A stretch of 64,000 nucleotides of DNA from assembly GCF_040938485.1 (NCBI RefSeq), contig NW_027271555.1, positions 248,001-312,000 of the forward strand, written 5' to 3'. Positions 1 to 13,900 of this stretch are shown here, piece after piece. How positions within the stretch are numbered: the first letter of the stretch is position 1; each line of letters begins with the position of its first letter. The DNA is from Diadema antillarum (taxonomy: Eukaryota). The notes beneath the pieces are model-generated. The model saw only the letters and a list, made by a program, of their open reading frames with translations, made no database searches and was not told the origin of the DNA. The translations under genes and the position numbers were made by a program.

Positions 1-867
1 TTATGTGAACGTATATACTTATTGCCGTGGGGAATTGAATGACTAATGGTGAACATTCTCACCTGTTTCAGTCCGAATATGTTTATTTCGTCGAGTTGCA
101 TTATCTTTCTTTTTCTATCTGCAGTTTATTTCTCTGTCTTGTTCCTTCTCTTTTCTCTCGAACCTGCCTTCCTTTCATCTTACCTCTCTGCGTCTAATGG
201 CCATCTTTTCATTCTTTGTCTGTTCGTCTTCATGTTTGTCTGTCGGACTGTTAATCACTTGTCAGACATTGATCGAGAAGCAAGACAGTTTGCAAGGTTA
301 TCTCAAGCGAGTTAATCCTGTGTCTTCGATGTCTTGTACCTGTAACAAACCATCACCAAGAGAGGAAAATATGAAGAGAGAAAAAAAATAGAGATGAAAC
401 GGAAGGATAAACGGAGTGAGGAGGAAAGAAAAGGAGAATTCGCTTGTAGAGGGAGGATGTGGAGAGACTACGTCGTCATTGGGAGCGGCAAAAAATATTG
501 TTCAGATCTTGTGTGTCATGATCGGCCGACTGATACGGGGCTATTGTGGTTTGCCGGGCACTGATCTCCCCGTCAAGGTGCCACCTGATGATTCATTTAT
601 TTCACGACAGCTCGCTTGGCACTCCACCTTTTAGAAATGAACCTCTTGCCCCCCCCCCCCCTTCCATCCCGTGTGAGCTCCAATCACTACCCCCCCCCCA
701 TATCTCCAGTACCTAACCCCCATCCTCCTCACCTCTCTCTTCTAAACCAAACACAATCATCAAGATACCGTATTCAGGATAAAGTATCCATATTCAACTT
801 ATACCCTAATACAGCTTTTAAACTTTTTTTTTCCCAACATGATTGAATACATTAACCCATGACCAAA

Positions 868-1184
868 TCAAACTTTATCCATCAATGCATCCGGCACTCG
901 CCGTCTGGTATCTGAGTGTTGCCTGTACGCATCCCTTTCCCATGACGTTGGCATATAGCATAATATTTCGGAGATGCGTAAAAACTCGTCAGGGGGTAGA
1001 TGGAGCCAGGGGATGAAGATGCGAACCCCACAGGAACCTGGACCTGCCCTATCAAAGGTTACGACTGACCCCGAGTCTAACGATGAATCGCAACTCGATA
1101 ATCGGTCAGATAATGCACTGAAGCTCGGCTCTGATTTGTCTGGACTCCACAGCAAGTTGTCCATGCCACAACATGATCGCCTCT
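868..1184 (-). other. Candidate coding exon or ORF segment of an unidentified minus-strand gene
   Basis: About 105 open codons, GC-richer than the flanks, preceded by the acceptor-like ttttattctctattag. No domain recognised, and phase with the neighbouring candidate is not cleanly consistent. Confidence 0.25.
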
Positions 1185-4100
1185 CTAATAGAGAATAAAA
1201 GTCATACTTATCGTTCTCCCTTCTACTCACTTAATTCTTTCTCACTGTGTTGTTTAAATCAGTACAAAACAGATTAAGCGGTTACCCCCGTAGAGTCCAA
1301 GTTTGTTCATTGTCAGATTTCAGGGTGAGATGGATGGAGAAGGAATGTTCATCTCCATTTTTTCTCTCTCTGAATACTTCCTGCATCTTTGTAACAGAAG
1401 GAGAAAAACCATAGATTATCGCCAACACTACCATGATGGATATGTTGTCCAGCATGTTCAAAATCAAATGCTTATCCGAAGACATATGACTATAAGAGGA
1501 ATTATTCCCATTTATCGAGCCCCCTGATAAATCTCTGTTTAATACTAGCTTGAGCTCACAGGACCAATTTGAAGTTTAAGAAGAAGTAGCCTCATGGGAA
1601 GCTTTGTCCATGATTGAATGATAGAAATGAGGAGCAGCAAATATGAATTTTAAAGTTCGCTCTCATTGAAAAAAAAAACAATAGCAGGAATTTAAGATGA
1701 TTTCTCTAAAGACTCAGTCAGTTATGTTGTTTGATTTAGAATATACCTGCTAGTCCCGTCACCAGTTGCCCCTGCTCTGCTGCCCTCCCCCTTGTCATCA
1801 TATCCCACCCCACCCCCACCACATCCACGATCCGTAGCACATCCAGCGCCTAGGAAGCTTAGTCCTCGTCAGGGCCGCGGAAACCTTGTCCGGCTACGTG
1901 AGCTGACACCGTGGAGGATGTGGCGAGAGACGCGGAGGCGTCTCGCTGGTGCGCTAACGCTGCTTTTGTTCGTTCACTTCTCAAATAGAGCCACGTGACA
2001 TGGTCTTCAGGCTGCGGTTTCCCCGAAGAACCCATGGAAAAAAATGAGGAGAACAATTTCCTATAGAAGGTTTACACATGACTTTTCATTGCCATGTTTT
2101 GTTTTATTTGTTTGTTTGTCCATTGCTGTTTGTTTGAGTTTTTTGGGGAGGAACTTAGCGGACGACGAACGTCTTAATTTGTACAATAGGATCCATTGTC
2201 GTTTGAGTGTGTTTGTGTCTATGTGTGTGTATGTGTTTATGTGTTTTGGGTGTGTTTTTAGGTCTGTGCACAGCTCGTGATTATCTTCATGGTATATTTC
2301 AATATAGCAGCCCGTATAAATCATACGTTGTATATACAGCATTATTTTTCAAGAAAGTTACATGCGATGTGGATTAAGACCAAAAAAAAAAATGAACTCG
2401 GTTACAAACCCATGTTGAAGACCATGTGCTCTTATCATACTTCTCATCAGATTTTGTTAAAGGCATAAAGTATCACTCTTATTATCGTTGTCATAGCTTT
2501 TTATTGTTGTAACTGTTACCATCTTCAGTGTTATTGTTGTTGTTAGTATTATTATCATCGGCATAATCATCGATAGTTTGTGAGGTAACAAACACTTTTT
2601 ACACCTCAGCATTGCTTTGTGAAAATTTTTCGTTACTGGTAATTGTCAGCATCGCTTATTGATTGTAAAAATTGCTTATTACGAATATTTGTCACTGATC
2701 GTTACGTAAACTTTCGAATATTTCTTTAAAGAAATAAAGAGTATATCTAACGATTTTCAAGACCCTGTCAACAGTTGAATTCATATTTACTTACAAAATT
2801 TTGAAGGGGGGAAAAGGACCTACACTGATACTGTAACCTACATTCACTAATTTACTGACGTTTACCCTTACATTTGTTTCAATACATGATACCGAAAACA
2901 CGGCAGCTTGACATTGTAGTAAAAAGGAAGATGAGGGGATTTAGTTATCACATAGTAATTGTTTGTTTACCGTTTTGTCGGTAGTTTCAAAAAAAAAAGT
3001 TTATTGAGAAAGCTTAACCATTGGTGATACAATAACATCGCTTGTATCTGAAATATACTAGTATATATTTACTAGCATACTTTTTACTTCTCGATAAGTC
3101 ATGTCAGCACTTTAATTTCTAGCATTTTTAGAACACATCACTTTCATATATTTTCTGAAATTCTAGATACCATCCTTTGATATAATATGAGGAAAAGTAT
3201 GTATTTTTTGCGACCGTTGATTGTGCTGTGTTATCTCTTCGTTGAGAGGCAGACGCAATGATTATCGAAGAATAGTTCTTTACGTTCGACTGGCCAAGAA
3301 AAGAGGAGAAAAACGCATTGAACCTATAATTGTTATATTACAGGGAGTCGAATGGAGACATGTTTCTTGTTTAATGTGGGTAAAAACCAGTCGCTAATTA
3401 CCCAAAGTTGAAGTTAAAGAGATAAAGTCGAAATCACGTTTAACACTAAATGCAGTGATTACTATTGTTAGGGAAAACCAGGGAGTAGATACTGAGAGAT
3501 GACTTGTTGCATTTTGTTATGTATAATATCGAAGGGAAAAGCTTCTTACGGAAACGTGTGATCATACTTAGTACACTATTGAAAGAAGAGAACGATGAAT
3601 ATCATAGTAATGATTATCTGTGTTTGCAAGTCTGTCCAATCTCTGGAGTATTCGTTTTGAAGATAGCAATTTTTGTTTTGATTTATTCCCAACTTCCTGC
3701 GCATTCACCGCCTAGAGCGCAATTCCTCTCTGAGATGTGTGGAATTACTATACTTGGATATACAATTCTTATTATTGTCATGATCAATATTTTATCAGCT
3801 ATTGCTATAATGAGCGTTATCATCTTGATCTTTTATGAAAGTTTTGGAATTTCTGATTACTACAATTAGGATGGGAAGACGTGATGACATAGCCTTGAGC
3901 ATGTGTTGAGATTTAGAAAAATAAATAAATCCGAATTTGACTGAAGTATTTTGCATAAACGCGTTTTACCAGTGCTATGATCGAACATTTACGGCAGGCA
4001 GTCGGATAGTGCCTCATACTCTCAAACACCATGAGGAAATTCAGTGATCATTTCTGACTTTTTTTCCGTTTCCAAAACCTGGGGCGGTTACATCTCAGAT

Positions 4101-7100
4101 GTGTCGCTTGTATATGAATGTTTATCGTAAATTAATACCATCTAAAGGAGATTGCAGGGATATTTGAAGGAAAGGGCTTTGAGCCTGAGGACTACTGTCC
4201 CAAAATTGGTTCAGCACGGAGTAGAGTAGACTTTCAAAAAGTGTAGGTCCTATAAATATTGCCAGGCGCTTACAGCCCTGATTTGATGTGCTTCTACAAC
4301 CAGTTATGGAAATTGGTAGTGTGCAAAACTGGAGTGATGATTTAGTGATGGTCCTCTGGAAAAATGCTCAAGATGACACCCTAGATAAATTATTTTATGT
4401 ACATGCAGATATGCGATTGCTTGAACCATAAACATATCTTTTACTATTGACATTGTTTACCGAGAGGTTCGAAAATCACTTTCAGCGTCCAGACTAGAGT
4501 CGCTATGTGATCTCTGCATTTGCAAGAATGATCTCTGCATTTGCCACAATATGCTCTGTAACACGGACTGGGCGACGTTAAATGTGTGACAAGCGGGCCA
4601 GACCGCATTAGGCAAATTGATACAGTCACTGAAGATAATGCTTCATCACGTCGTACTCTGATGTGTTTGACGGCACACCCGGTGGTTTAGCTTCGTTCCT
4701 CACTGGGACCTTCTCCAAGGCTCTAGAGGGCTCCCGCGGGCGTGCCAGTCACTGAGTATCGAAAGGAGTAGCAGAAGTAGCCTTCGGTCCCGTGCATAGC
4801 GTTTGCTGTCAGGAGGAAGGATGAGTAAGTCGAAGCTCTTTCCTGATCATCCCCAAATCGGGTGTCTTCTTTCCTGTTTTTATCTGGCAGTTATTTGTCA
4901 CTTTTTCCGACTGTCATTCTCGGCCCCCGTCAAAGAAGCTCTTTGCCCGCCATCCTTCGAACAAGCAAACATGTCTCACGCGATCAGCAGCCGGTCGAAG
5001 ACAGGCAGATTGTGAGGAAAAGTGAGCTCTTTGAATCAGAAGTGAGGTAGAATCATTGGATCCTTGTCGTCTCTCTATTTTTTTTTTTTTTTTTTTTTTT
5101 GGGGGGGGGGGAGTGCCAACTTAAAACGATTCAAACAAATCAAAAACATAGGACACTGGTATAGTATGCTCAAAATTAGCTTTGTCATTGCGAAAGGGAA
5201 ACTTCTAGGCCCTATATCAATTTAATTCCGACGCAAATAGTTCACTCAAACAAAACAGAGCAAAGAAAGAAAAGTTATGGCATCTAAAATGCTAACTTAT
5301 TTTTACAAAAAATGATATGAGTCACATCCATTTTGCAAACGATATATGGCGATGACATGAATTTCTCAACTCTCTCATTGGTTGCACACACACACACACA
5401 CAAAATGTTATTGCTGTTTGTCAATAGTTAGCATCTATAACTTGATACCCCTCCCCCTCCTCCCCCCCCCCCCACAAAAAAAGTATTAAATCACCTGCAC
5501 TCTTGCGACTATAAAAGCGTTTCATCCGTGAGAAGATCATTAATTCAGTTTCCCATTGATTACTAAACTTTGTCAAGGACATAATGCTTTCACATGAGTG
5601 GAGGCTAGGGTTTTTTGACAAACCTATTTTGATACTATATATGTTAAGTTACTGAAGGCAGATATATCTGTTTTCTTGTACACATAGTTCCCCAAATCCT
5701 TTCTTGCAAATCAGTCGTTAAGGACATTTATGTTCACAAGTTTCCTTTGAAATGCATTGTCGTCTCTAAACTTGCAAATGGGTGCTTAGATGGAGTAAAC
5801 GTCTAGGATTTTTTTCTTTCTAAAGGAGCTTATCAAGCTGCATCACTTGTAAATCGCAAAATATCTTGTCATATAGCTTAATTTGCATCACATCTATCAA
5901 AACATAAGTCATCAATACTAAATATCTGTGCACCCTCGAATGATCGAGGAATCGATCCAAGCTACTGAAAAGGTAACCTGCTATCTTTCATGATTAAGAA
6001 ATGATCAAAAGCCTCTTCCAGGCTTCCTCAGACAAACAATAATTATTGCCGCTGATGTGCGTATGTGTGCTGCTAAGATTTGAGCAATGTTCATGTACGA
6101 GGGATAATAGCGAGAACTTGATTTCTTTCAGCAAAGTTAATGCCATCATTTCATTTTGCAATTTTATGCGCTTTTTTGTTCTTTTCTTGTAATGGAGACC
6201 AATAATCTACATAGGGCTTGTAAATAAGTAAATACTCTATGAAATGCATTTCACTTTTCACTCAAATATATACGTAATTCCGCGTCAATGAAAGTCTTAT
6301 CTGCACTTATCATTTCGTTCTTCCGTCGAAATCAGACATTCGTATCCGCTTTTTGAGGGGAAATACACTGTCTTTTCGAATATGTATCGAGATCTGATTA
6401 ATCCATTCGACAGGTTTTCTGAATCATACACAAGAAAAGCAGCCACGAACGAAGCTCTGCTTCCCACGACCAGCCGACACTGGCTCAAAACAAAAACAGG
6501 CAAAGAAGAAGGATGTGTATTAATCAAATCCGCAATCTGTTCTGGTCCCATCGGACGAAACAGGAAAACACGAAGGCTGTTATGAAGACGACAACATCGG
6601 AACCCAAAGAACAATATCCCGTCGTCTATTTCCCATGTGTGTATGCCTCTCACACGCACGCGCGTTTTTTCCTCTTCTTAACTTTGACCGTATTCACCTT
6701 TCGACACTAAGTAATTCTGTCCCAGCATAATTTCTTCCTATCTTCTGTTACTACCTCGCTGGACGTCCAGCCACGTTCATGCGGCCGCAAATCGTGGTCA
6801 GTGGGGAATTATACACGAGAATATGAGAAGGACTCTCTTGCTTGGTGATTTACCTTTCACATTTTGAAGAAGAAAAAAATATGGCTTCTGTTCCATTTTC
6901 ATATTTCATTCAATTATGAGCAAGTCCTGATAAGGTTTTATTTAACTATTTATTCACTTGTTTACACCTATGGGTAGCCCCTTCAGTTGTGCTAATTTTC
7001 AAAGGGATCCAATGGATATAAAAACAAACAATATTATATGCAATCACATTAGAGCAAATGCACTAATGAATAGTCACTTCATCCTGCGTCGAATGGAAAT

Positions 7101-7792
7101 ACATGTAGTGCAAAGCTTTCTTATCTGAAGGAAATGCCGACGACTCAGAAATTATCAAAACCCTTGTAATTATGACTGTGATGATAGAAGCCCCAAATTG
7201 TTGCTACACCAGTATCGACATCTTCTCCATTACTGATTATCATCACCACCCCCATTTTTGCGACAGTGAGATCATTTTCGTCATTATAAGTAATTGTAGC
7301 AGTGGTTCTGGAAGAAGATGTCCACCGCACCAATAGTAATGTAACTCTAGTAAATAAGGTGTTAAGTGATTTAAATTTACATTTATTCAACCTCATCAGT
7401 TGCGGTATTCTACTTTGTTATAGTTTCGCGTTTTGTTTTGTTTTGTGTTTTTCCGAGGGGTAGTGATGTGCTGAAGCGTGGCAAAGTCCATTTGATTTCG
7501 TTTCTGTTATTTCTCTTAAAGTTAACTATCTAGCTGTCTTTTCGGTCGTTTTTTTTTATTCTAAACTTTAACATGTACAAAGACAAAACTATGCAAAATG
7601 TGTCTTCTAGTGTACAGTAACTCGTCGATTTAGTATGTGGTCGTGTTATGTAAGTTTTACGTAATTCATTTTCATTGTTACTATCAAATCACTTTGACAC
7701 TTATAAAAGTGTTCATCGCCAAACAAGCTAGTGCAGATAAGATTCTCAAGGTCATTTCACACCCTCGGTCGTTTAGGGCTTGTAATGAACAT

Positions 7793-7828
7793 ATACCTGA
7801 ACACTTACATAGGTAAGTGTTCAGGTAT
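7793..7828. repeat. Perfect 16-bp inverted repeat with 4-nt loop
   Basis: ATACCTGAACACTTAC-atag-GTAAGTGTTCAGGTAT. No clean target-site duplication. Confidence 0.85.
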
Positions 7829-10159
7829 GAAGAACGTACTGCAAAGAAACTTTAAAAGAAATTATTGTAATACTATGAGAGGTAACAGCCACCTTCTCAC
7901 AGGAAGCCAACGTTTAGCACTTTTGAGCGTAAAAGGTCTAAGCGTAAAAAGAATCGCCTCCGGAATGCCCGAAAACGCTATTTTTGGCGCCAGCTGGGCT
8001 TTATACTGTATTTAAATCTGAAAATATCCGCGAAGTTCTTGAGTGAGTTCTCATCACTTTACTTCAGTGTAACTGTGCCTTCTCTGTCTCATGAGGGCGC
8101 AGAAAGAATTATCACGGTTAAATAAATGTTCCATCTTGGAGTTTGTACATGATCGAAACACCAGTGCCAAATTCCATCTTAAGGAGAAAGTAAAGATAAG
8201 ATGTAAGCTGACATCCCCAACAGTGGCACAAGAGCAGATGATGTACTTTTTTTCTGTAGGGAAACAGGCTTCGTCAATATTTCTCTTTGGTTCCATTTGA
8301 TATTAGTTCCTATTTATCTCACTCAACGTGCTCATAGACTTTTGTTTCATTGCATGGAGTAATTAGCGCGTATTGATGAGGTGCCAAAGGTTTCTCTTTG
8401 TAATCATTGCAGGCCACGTCAATTACCATCTGTAAAATTAGTCCCAGGAAAAGTCTGCGTTAATTAATGCACAAATGTGTCTTTGTCTCCGGCAGGAAGA
8501 TGTTCAAAACAAACGTTTAGCTGCAAGGTGTACTTTGGGACCTGGGATAGGTGAGAGTCAACCCGGGGCGTCGGCTCGCTCGTGTACTTTGTAGTTTGAC
8601 TCGTCGGGGAAATGTTAGCCTCGAGTAATGGCTCGTTGAAAGCAGGTGTTATCTTCGAGCTAGTCAACTGGTATTATTAGCTACTTTGCAAAAGAGAATT
8701 GTATTGTTGGAATTAACAACTTGTTCGTGTGTTATACAATTAAACGAGCGCTGAAGTAGCGGTGGAGGGGTGTTAAGAAGGGGAAAGCTTCAATTCCAAT
8801 TCAAACGCAATTTGCAGTTAAACGAATTACCAGGAGCGCGCGGCGAGCGGGCTGAAAATAGAGGCCATAACGTCATGGCCAATTTGAGGGGTGAGGAACT
8901 CGTCAATTTTAAGTGCAAATTAATGAACATCTTTCAGGCTCACCACTCATTTGTTTTGTTCACTGGAAAGTTTAGAAAAAATTTCCGTGTCCGCCTTATA
9001 CTGGTTTACTCTCCTCCTCTTTCTTTCTTCCTCTCTCTCCCTTCGACAATGGTTCTTGGAGAAGTAGGAGGGGAGTTCCCCCAAGCTTGCGTGTAGGAAT
9101 TAGAGCATCCTTGTTCGGGCTGGACCCCTCCCAGACCAAGCATCCGGCGCTTCCGACTCGGGACAGACTAAACTCTACAAGCGACGGAAGGACGCGTTTA
9201 ATATTTTAGAGAACCCAACACGATGACACATACACCGGGACTACATGAGGAGTCGGCAAAGTGAGAGTTTGACTAAAAGAAAAGGTGCAGGGTGTGAGGC
9301 GAGCCATGGAAAGTCTGAACGGCCTTCCTCACTGGTGTTTCGAGAGCGGTAATTAAGTGTTGCTTAAAACACGACAAGCTCACACACAGGAAAAGCTGGA
9401 GTTGCAGTGGACCGTTGATCTCACGTCTCCTCGGGCCGCTTTGTGTCGTCTGCTAAATTGGCCGGCGAAGCTTGATTGGCGCTCAGAAGTTACTCCAAAG
9501 CTCACGGCGAGAGAACACAGCCTGTGGTACATGCGATTCCCGTTGAGAAGGGCAGCCCAAGCCGAAGCTTAACTTTTCGACCAATAAAAATTGCATTATT
9601 GCCTGTGTGGCGCTCGAATGCGATACTGATTTTCTGCAATCAGCGCTTGATCGTGCGTTAACGAGACACTTATGCCCTAATCGTCGATGTAACTCAATTG
9701 GAGGATTTCATACAGCGCACTCGACATTGGAGGATATAACAAAAAAAGAAAAAAAAGTGGTGACGGAATTTCGAGCTACTGGGCTTGCTCAACATTAAAT
9801 TTGGTCTTGCTCAGAGTGTGTCCTGTAGGCTCGATTAGCCAGCCAAAATATGATCAATCTATTTGGATACTTTCTCGATCGAGAGCATCACGATGCGGAT
9901 AACAGGGACGGAACGCCTATGGATGAGTCTACTTACTGCTCGTCACCGCGTCTCCCAGGTAGGGCAACCTGTCGAGGTCAATGACACGTAGAGATCCAAA
10001 GTAGAGAGCTCCTTTTTATTCTTTAAAGTTAAACAATCCTGCTTTCGTTTTTCACGTTCAAAGCTGGTATATCGAACTTATTGATATACATGTATTATGT
10101 CAAAGTAACGATGATAGTAATATACAGTCAAAGTAATGTACTGCTCTTTGTTCTGCTTG

Positions 10160-10940
10160 TCAATAATTGATGATAGTGAGTCAACGTCATTACCCTTACT
10201 ACGTCAGACTTCATCATCGTCATTTCCGTCATTGCCATTACCGTCATCATCATCTTTATCTTCATCTAGATTGTAAATGCGGTCGACATCATCACCATGG
10301 TCAATTTTATCATTGTAATCATCATGTATCATTACCATCATATCTGCTTCGATCCTCGTCGGTAACATTCTGCGACGTAAGTGTCATTGATTTGTTCATT
10401 TTTGACTGCGCCATCATAACTATGACGTCACATCCACAGTCATATTGCGCAACATGATTGTTTTCATAAAAACTTGGTCATATACCGTCTATTTTGCTCT
10501 CATCGCCATTCTCATATCGCGACCACCACATAACAATTAAATTATTGTTTTCGTCATTGCAGCCTGAAAGTTGTTTGTTATTAGATAATTGTCCTCTACA
10601 AGTTTCTCGGCACTGGTAATAGAGATTACATTACGGCAGACATAGCATACGTTAAGACAACCAGCAGCTGTCACCATCGATACCACGTCACTGAATTCAT
10701 CATCACTGTCATCTCCACACTCGACAAAATTAATAGAACATCCTAACTCTTGTCAGTGATGTTTGCTGGTTTAATCAATAAATGACGTCACGCTGGCATC
10801 AATCCGTCAATCAGAATGACTACAGTCAGATGGCCATCATGGCTTCATAACTGATTTATGATCCTTGGATTTCTCACATTGGTCATTGTGACAGTCATCA
10901 TGAACATCATTATAATCATCATCACCAACACCACTGAGAG
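10160..10940. repeat. Degenerate (CAT/ATC)n low-complexity tract
   Basis: Dense catcat/atcacc/gtcat triplets. These explain the His-rich spurious ORF at 10167-10457. Confidence 0.65.
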
Positions 10941-13900
10941 CGTCATATGAACTTACACATGCACGTGCCACTGCCTATACCTAACATACATGTCGTCTGC
11001 TACCAGTAATCTATAGGGCTGAAGGAGGCTGATTCAGTAAGACAAAAGAAAAAAACTGACATCGTCTCTGCCGTAATCACAGATAACACAATTGTAAGTC
11101 ACCAAGTCAATTTGTCAGCTAGCCTGACTAGGGTCTTCCAAGCTTAAACCAATGATAAGATATCTATTTTGGTGTCATTTCTTTATTTTTTATTCTCATA
11201 AGAAGCGCATTGGACAATGTCATCACTCTGTCCGTGCGAACACCATGATTTAGCGACACGTTTAGATGTCTGTACTCTATGTGGTGTATCAATACAGCAT
11301 CGACAAGCTTTTGAAAATGTTCCTTTTGAGAGACCCTAGCCACTATCAATTTCATTCCACAACACTTGTTTCCATGTCTCCTTAAAAGATATATGTATGT
11401 ATATTTTTCAATGTCTGAAATGTTTAGCTCACTGCCCATGTCTCTCTACTTTCCTGTTCTTTCCCATATTACAAGAGATACTATTATGAACCAGAAAATC
11501 CAGGATGCTTAGAGGAAATTCAGTGGCTGATTTATGAGTCTCCGAAATACTCTCCGAAATAATTCATCTCAATGAAAATAATTCTCAAACGCAACGTTGT
11601 GAACATTTTTTTTGAAAAAGTACGATGTCTTCCTTCCGTGTCATAAACAGTCATCACTGATTTACCATCTATAGTAGAAAGCAGCAGAATCTTATCATAC
11701 GAATAGTGTCCATATTAGGAGCTGCCTTGTGTAGAGCCCTCGACAAAGGAAGATAATAATCTTCTGGCGGTTTCCCAGGAAAATCGCCTTTAATATCTAC
11801 ATATTCAGACGTTTGTTTACGTCATGTTGGCATACGCCTTGACCCAAGGCTAGTCACAATGTTGATGGCGGATTATGTACCGCTATCCGAATCAAAGATA
11901 CACCACACTTTGCGATTCATCAGTTTAGAATCGTGGAAAATAGTCTAACCTCAACCACGTTGACAACGATCGTTTGACGGATATATGAGTCCCAATACAC
12001 CGAGTACTGGGAGTTCCGAATTAGCGTGTTCATGTGTGTGTCTTCGTTTGGTTGGTTTTGGGGCTTTGTTTTGTTCTGTTTTGTTTTGCTTTGTTGTATT
12101 TTAGGAGCGTTTGTCTGTTGTATTTCAGGAACTTAACGCGGATGCATTTATGGCGTAGAGTACAGTCACTGACGCGTTCGAAGCTGGGTAGTTGGGGAAC
12201 TAACTCACTCTGCTGAATCTGTCTCCCTGTCACATCCATCAGTCCATCTTCGGAGGCTAAGGCCTAATTTCTACTTTGCTCCTCTCAAGCACCGTTAAAG
12301 AAAATTGACATAAATTTATATTATTATGTTTTCATCTTTATGCACGTATGTTCATCTCTGCTACGTCATCCGTTTCCCACTTACTTTGACTGCAATCACT
12401 ACTGCTATGCACTATTACTACACTTCCTACTTCCAGTATTTTATTGCTTCTTCTATATACGACTACCCATGGTTTCGAAAGTTGGTATAATGTTTTGACT
12501 GAAAATCAGAAGTTTCGGTCGAGGTAGAATTGCAGCTGACGTTGGTAAGAAACGACTGTTGTTACAGCGGTTACGATACCGCAGATTACACTCCTATAGC
12601 TATACTCATAAACTACACTAATGCGTCAATAACTCTGCTATTTCACTAATACTTTACCAACGCTTCTATGGTACTATAATAGGCTATTTGTTATGCTGGA
12701 ATGGGAGAGAAGAAACTTTACGTATGTTGCTGGTCGGGCCGCTTGTAACTCAAATTTCGCCATGGTAGACACTGTCTTACACGGAATGAGATAGAAATAT
12801 TGCTTTCAAATTGTTGTAGTTGTTGTAGGTCACATCTTCGTGACGAATTGTTTCTTTCTGGGGATTAAGGTCTCATATTAATGTCCCCTGGACGTTCACC
12901 TCTGCAACAAGTCGCTTCAATTTTCCGCCGCGTGCTTCCGCCCCATCGTTCCGGCGAGTTCCCTCGGCCCGCCCGGGCCGGCCATTCTCCCGACAGTGAC
13001 GGGATGTGGTTCATTACCATTTCGGACGAATTTATTTGCACCCCTTTCCCTTCTCCCTTCTCTAAGCCCGCTGATGGCTCTGGGAATCATTCAGTGCATG
13101 ACAAGATGACACGGTAGACACAGGCAGGGAAAAGCAGACATATTAACAACTGACAGAATAAGTGATAGAATCAAATGATAACATGCTACCATGTTTTGTG
13201 CACCAATGGGCTGCTGTTTTGTGAAATAACCGCGGAGGACTTTGAGCAAATTGTTGGAAGGAGACATCATCTGATACGCATTACAAATGCGGGGAAAAAT
13301 CACTTTAAATTATAATGTATAGCGTGTTACTTGTATATCCATGTATACGTATGAATTGCGGATATTGCACAATCATTTTGATGTATGAAGCTTTGTTCAC
13401 TTTATCGCTCTCTTCAATATGGTTTCATTATCAAAGAACTGATTATTCAGACCTTGCCCAAAGTCCTCTATTTTCACACAGTGTTACCTGAATATTTCCA
13501 TTCGCATATTCCTGTGGGGCTTTTTCAATACGAAAATATATATATGAATTGTAGTTTAGTAACAAAAATGATAACAAACTAACAAACCGTCTGTAAAAAA
13601 AATAAAAAAATAAATGAAATATTAAGAGTAGACTGATAAGGATAACATATTGAACATGGCAACAGCTTTGAGAAGGCAACACGAGTGCTCACTGTATGCA
13701 TCCTACGCGGCAAACTGTATTCGAAGATAAAATCAATGGAAATGAAGTCACCGTGTATGGGAATTAATAGCAGGCTTTTCGTCCGTCTGCAGATGGTGCG
13801 TGAAAATGCAGAGTTTTGCATTACGTCTGCCAGAGCTCATTAATCACAGCGAATCATCGCTAAGCGCCCGGAGTGAAAACCCGGGGATTTCTCGCGGAGC

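Noticed and set aside
4480-5050. GC-rich block with splice-like sites (GTAAGT near 4824)
   Set aside because: The frames I tested between plausible acceptors and donors contain stops, and no product is recognisable.
6297-6659. 120-aa minus-strand ORF
   Set aside because: No recognisable domain and no convincing splice boundaries.
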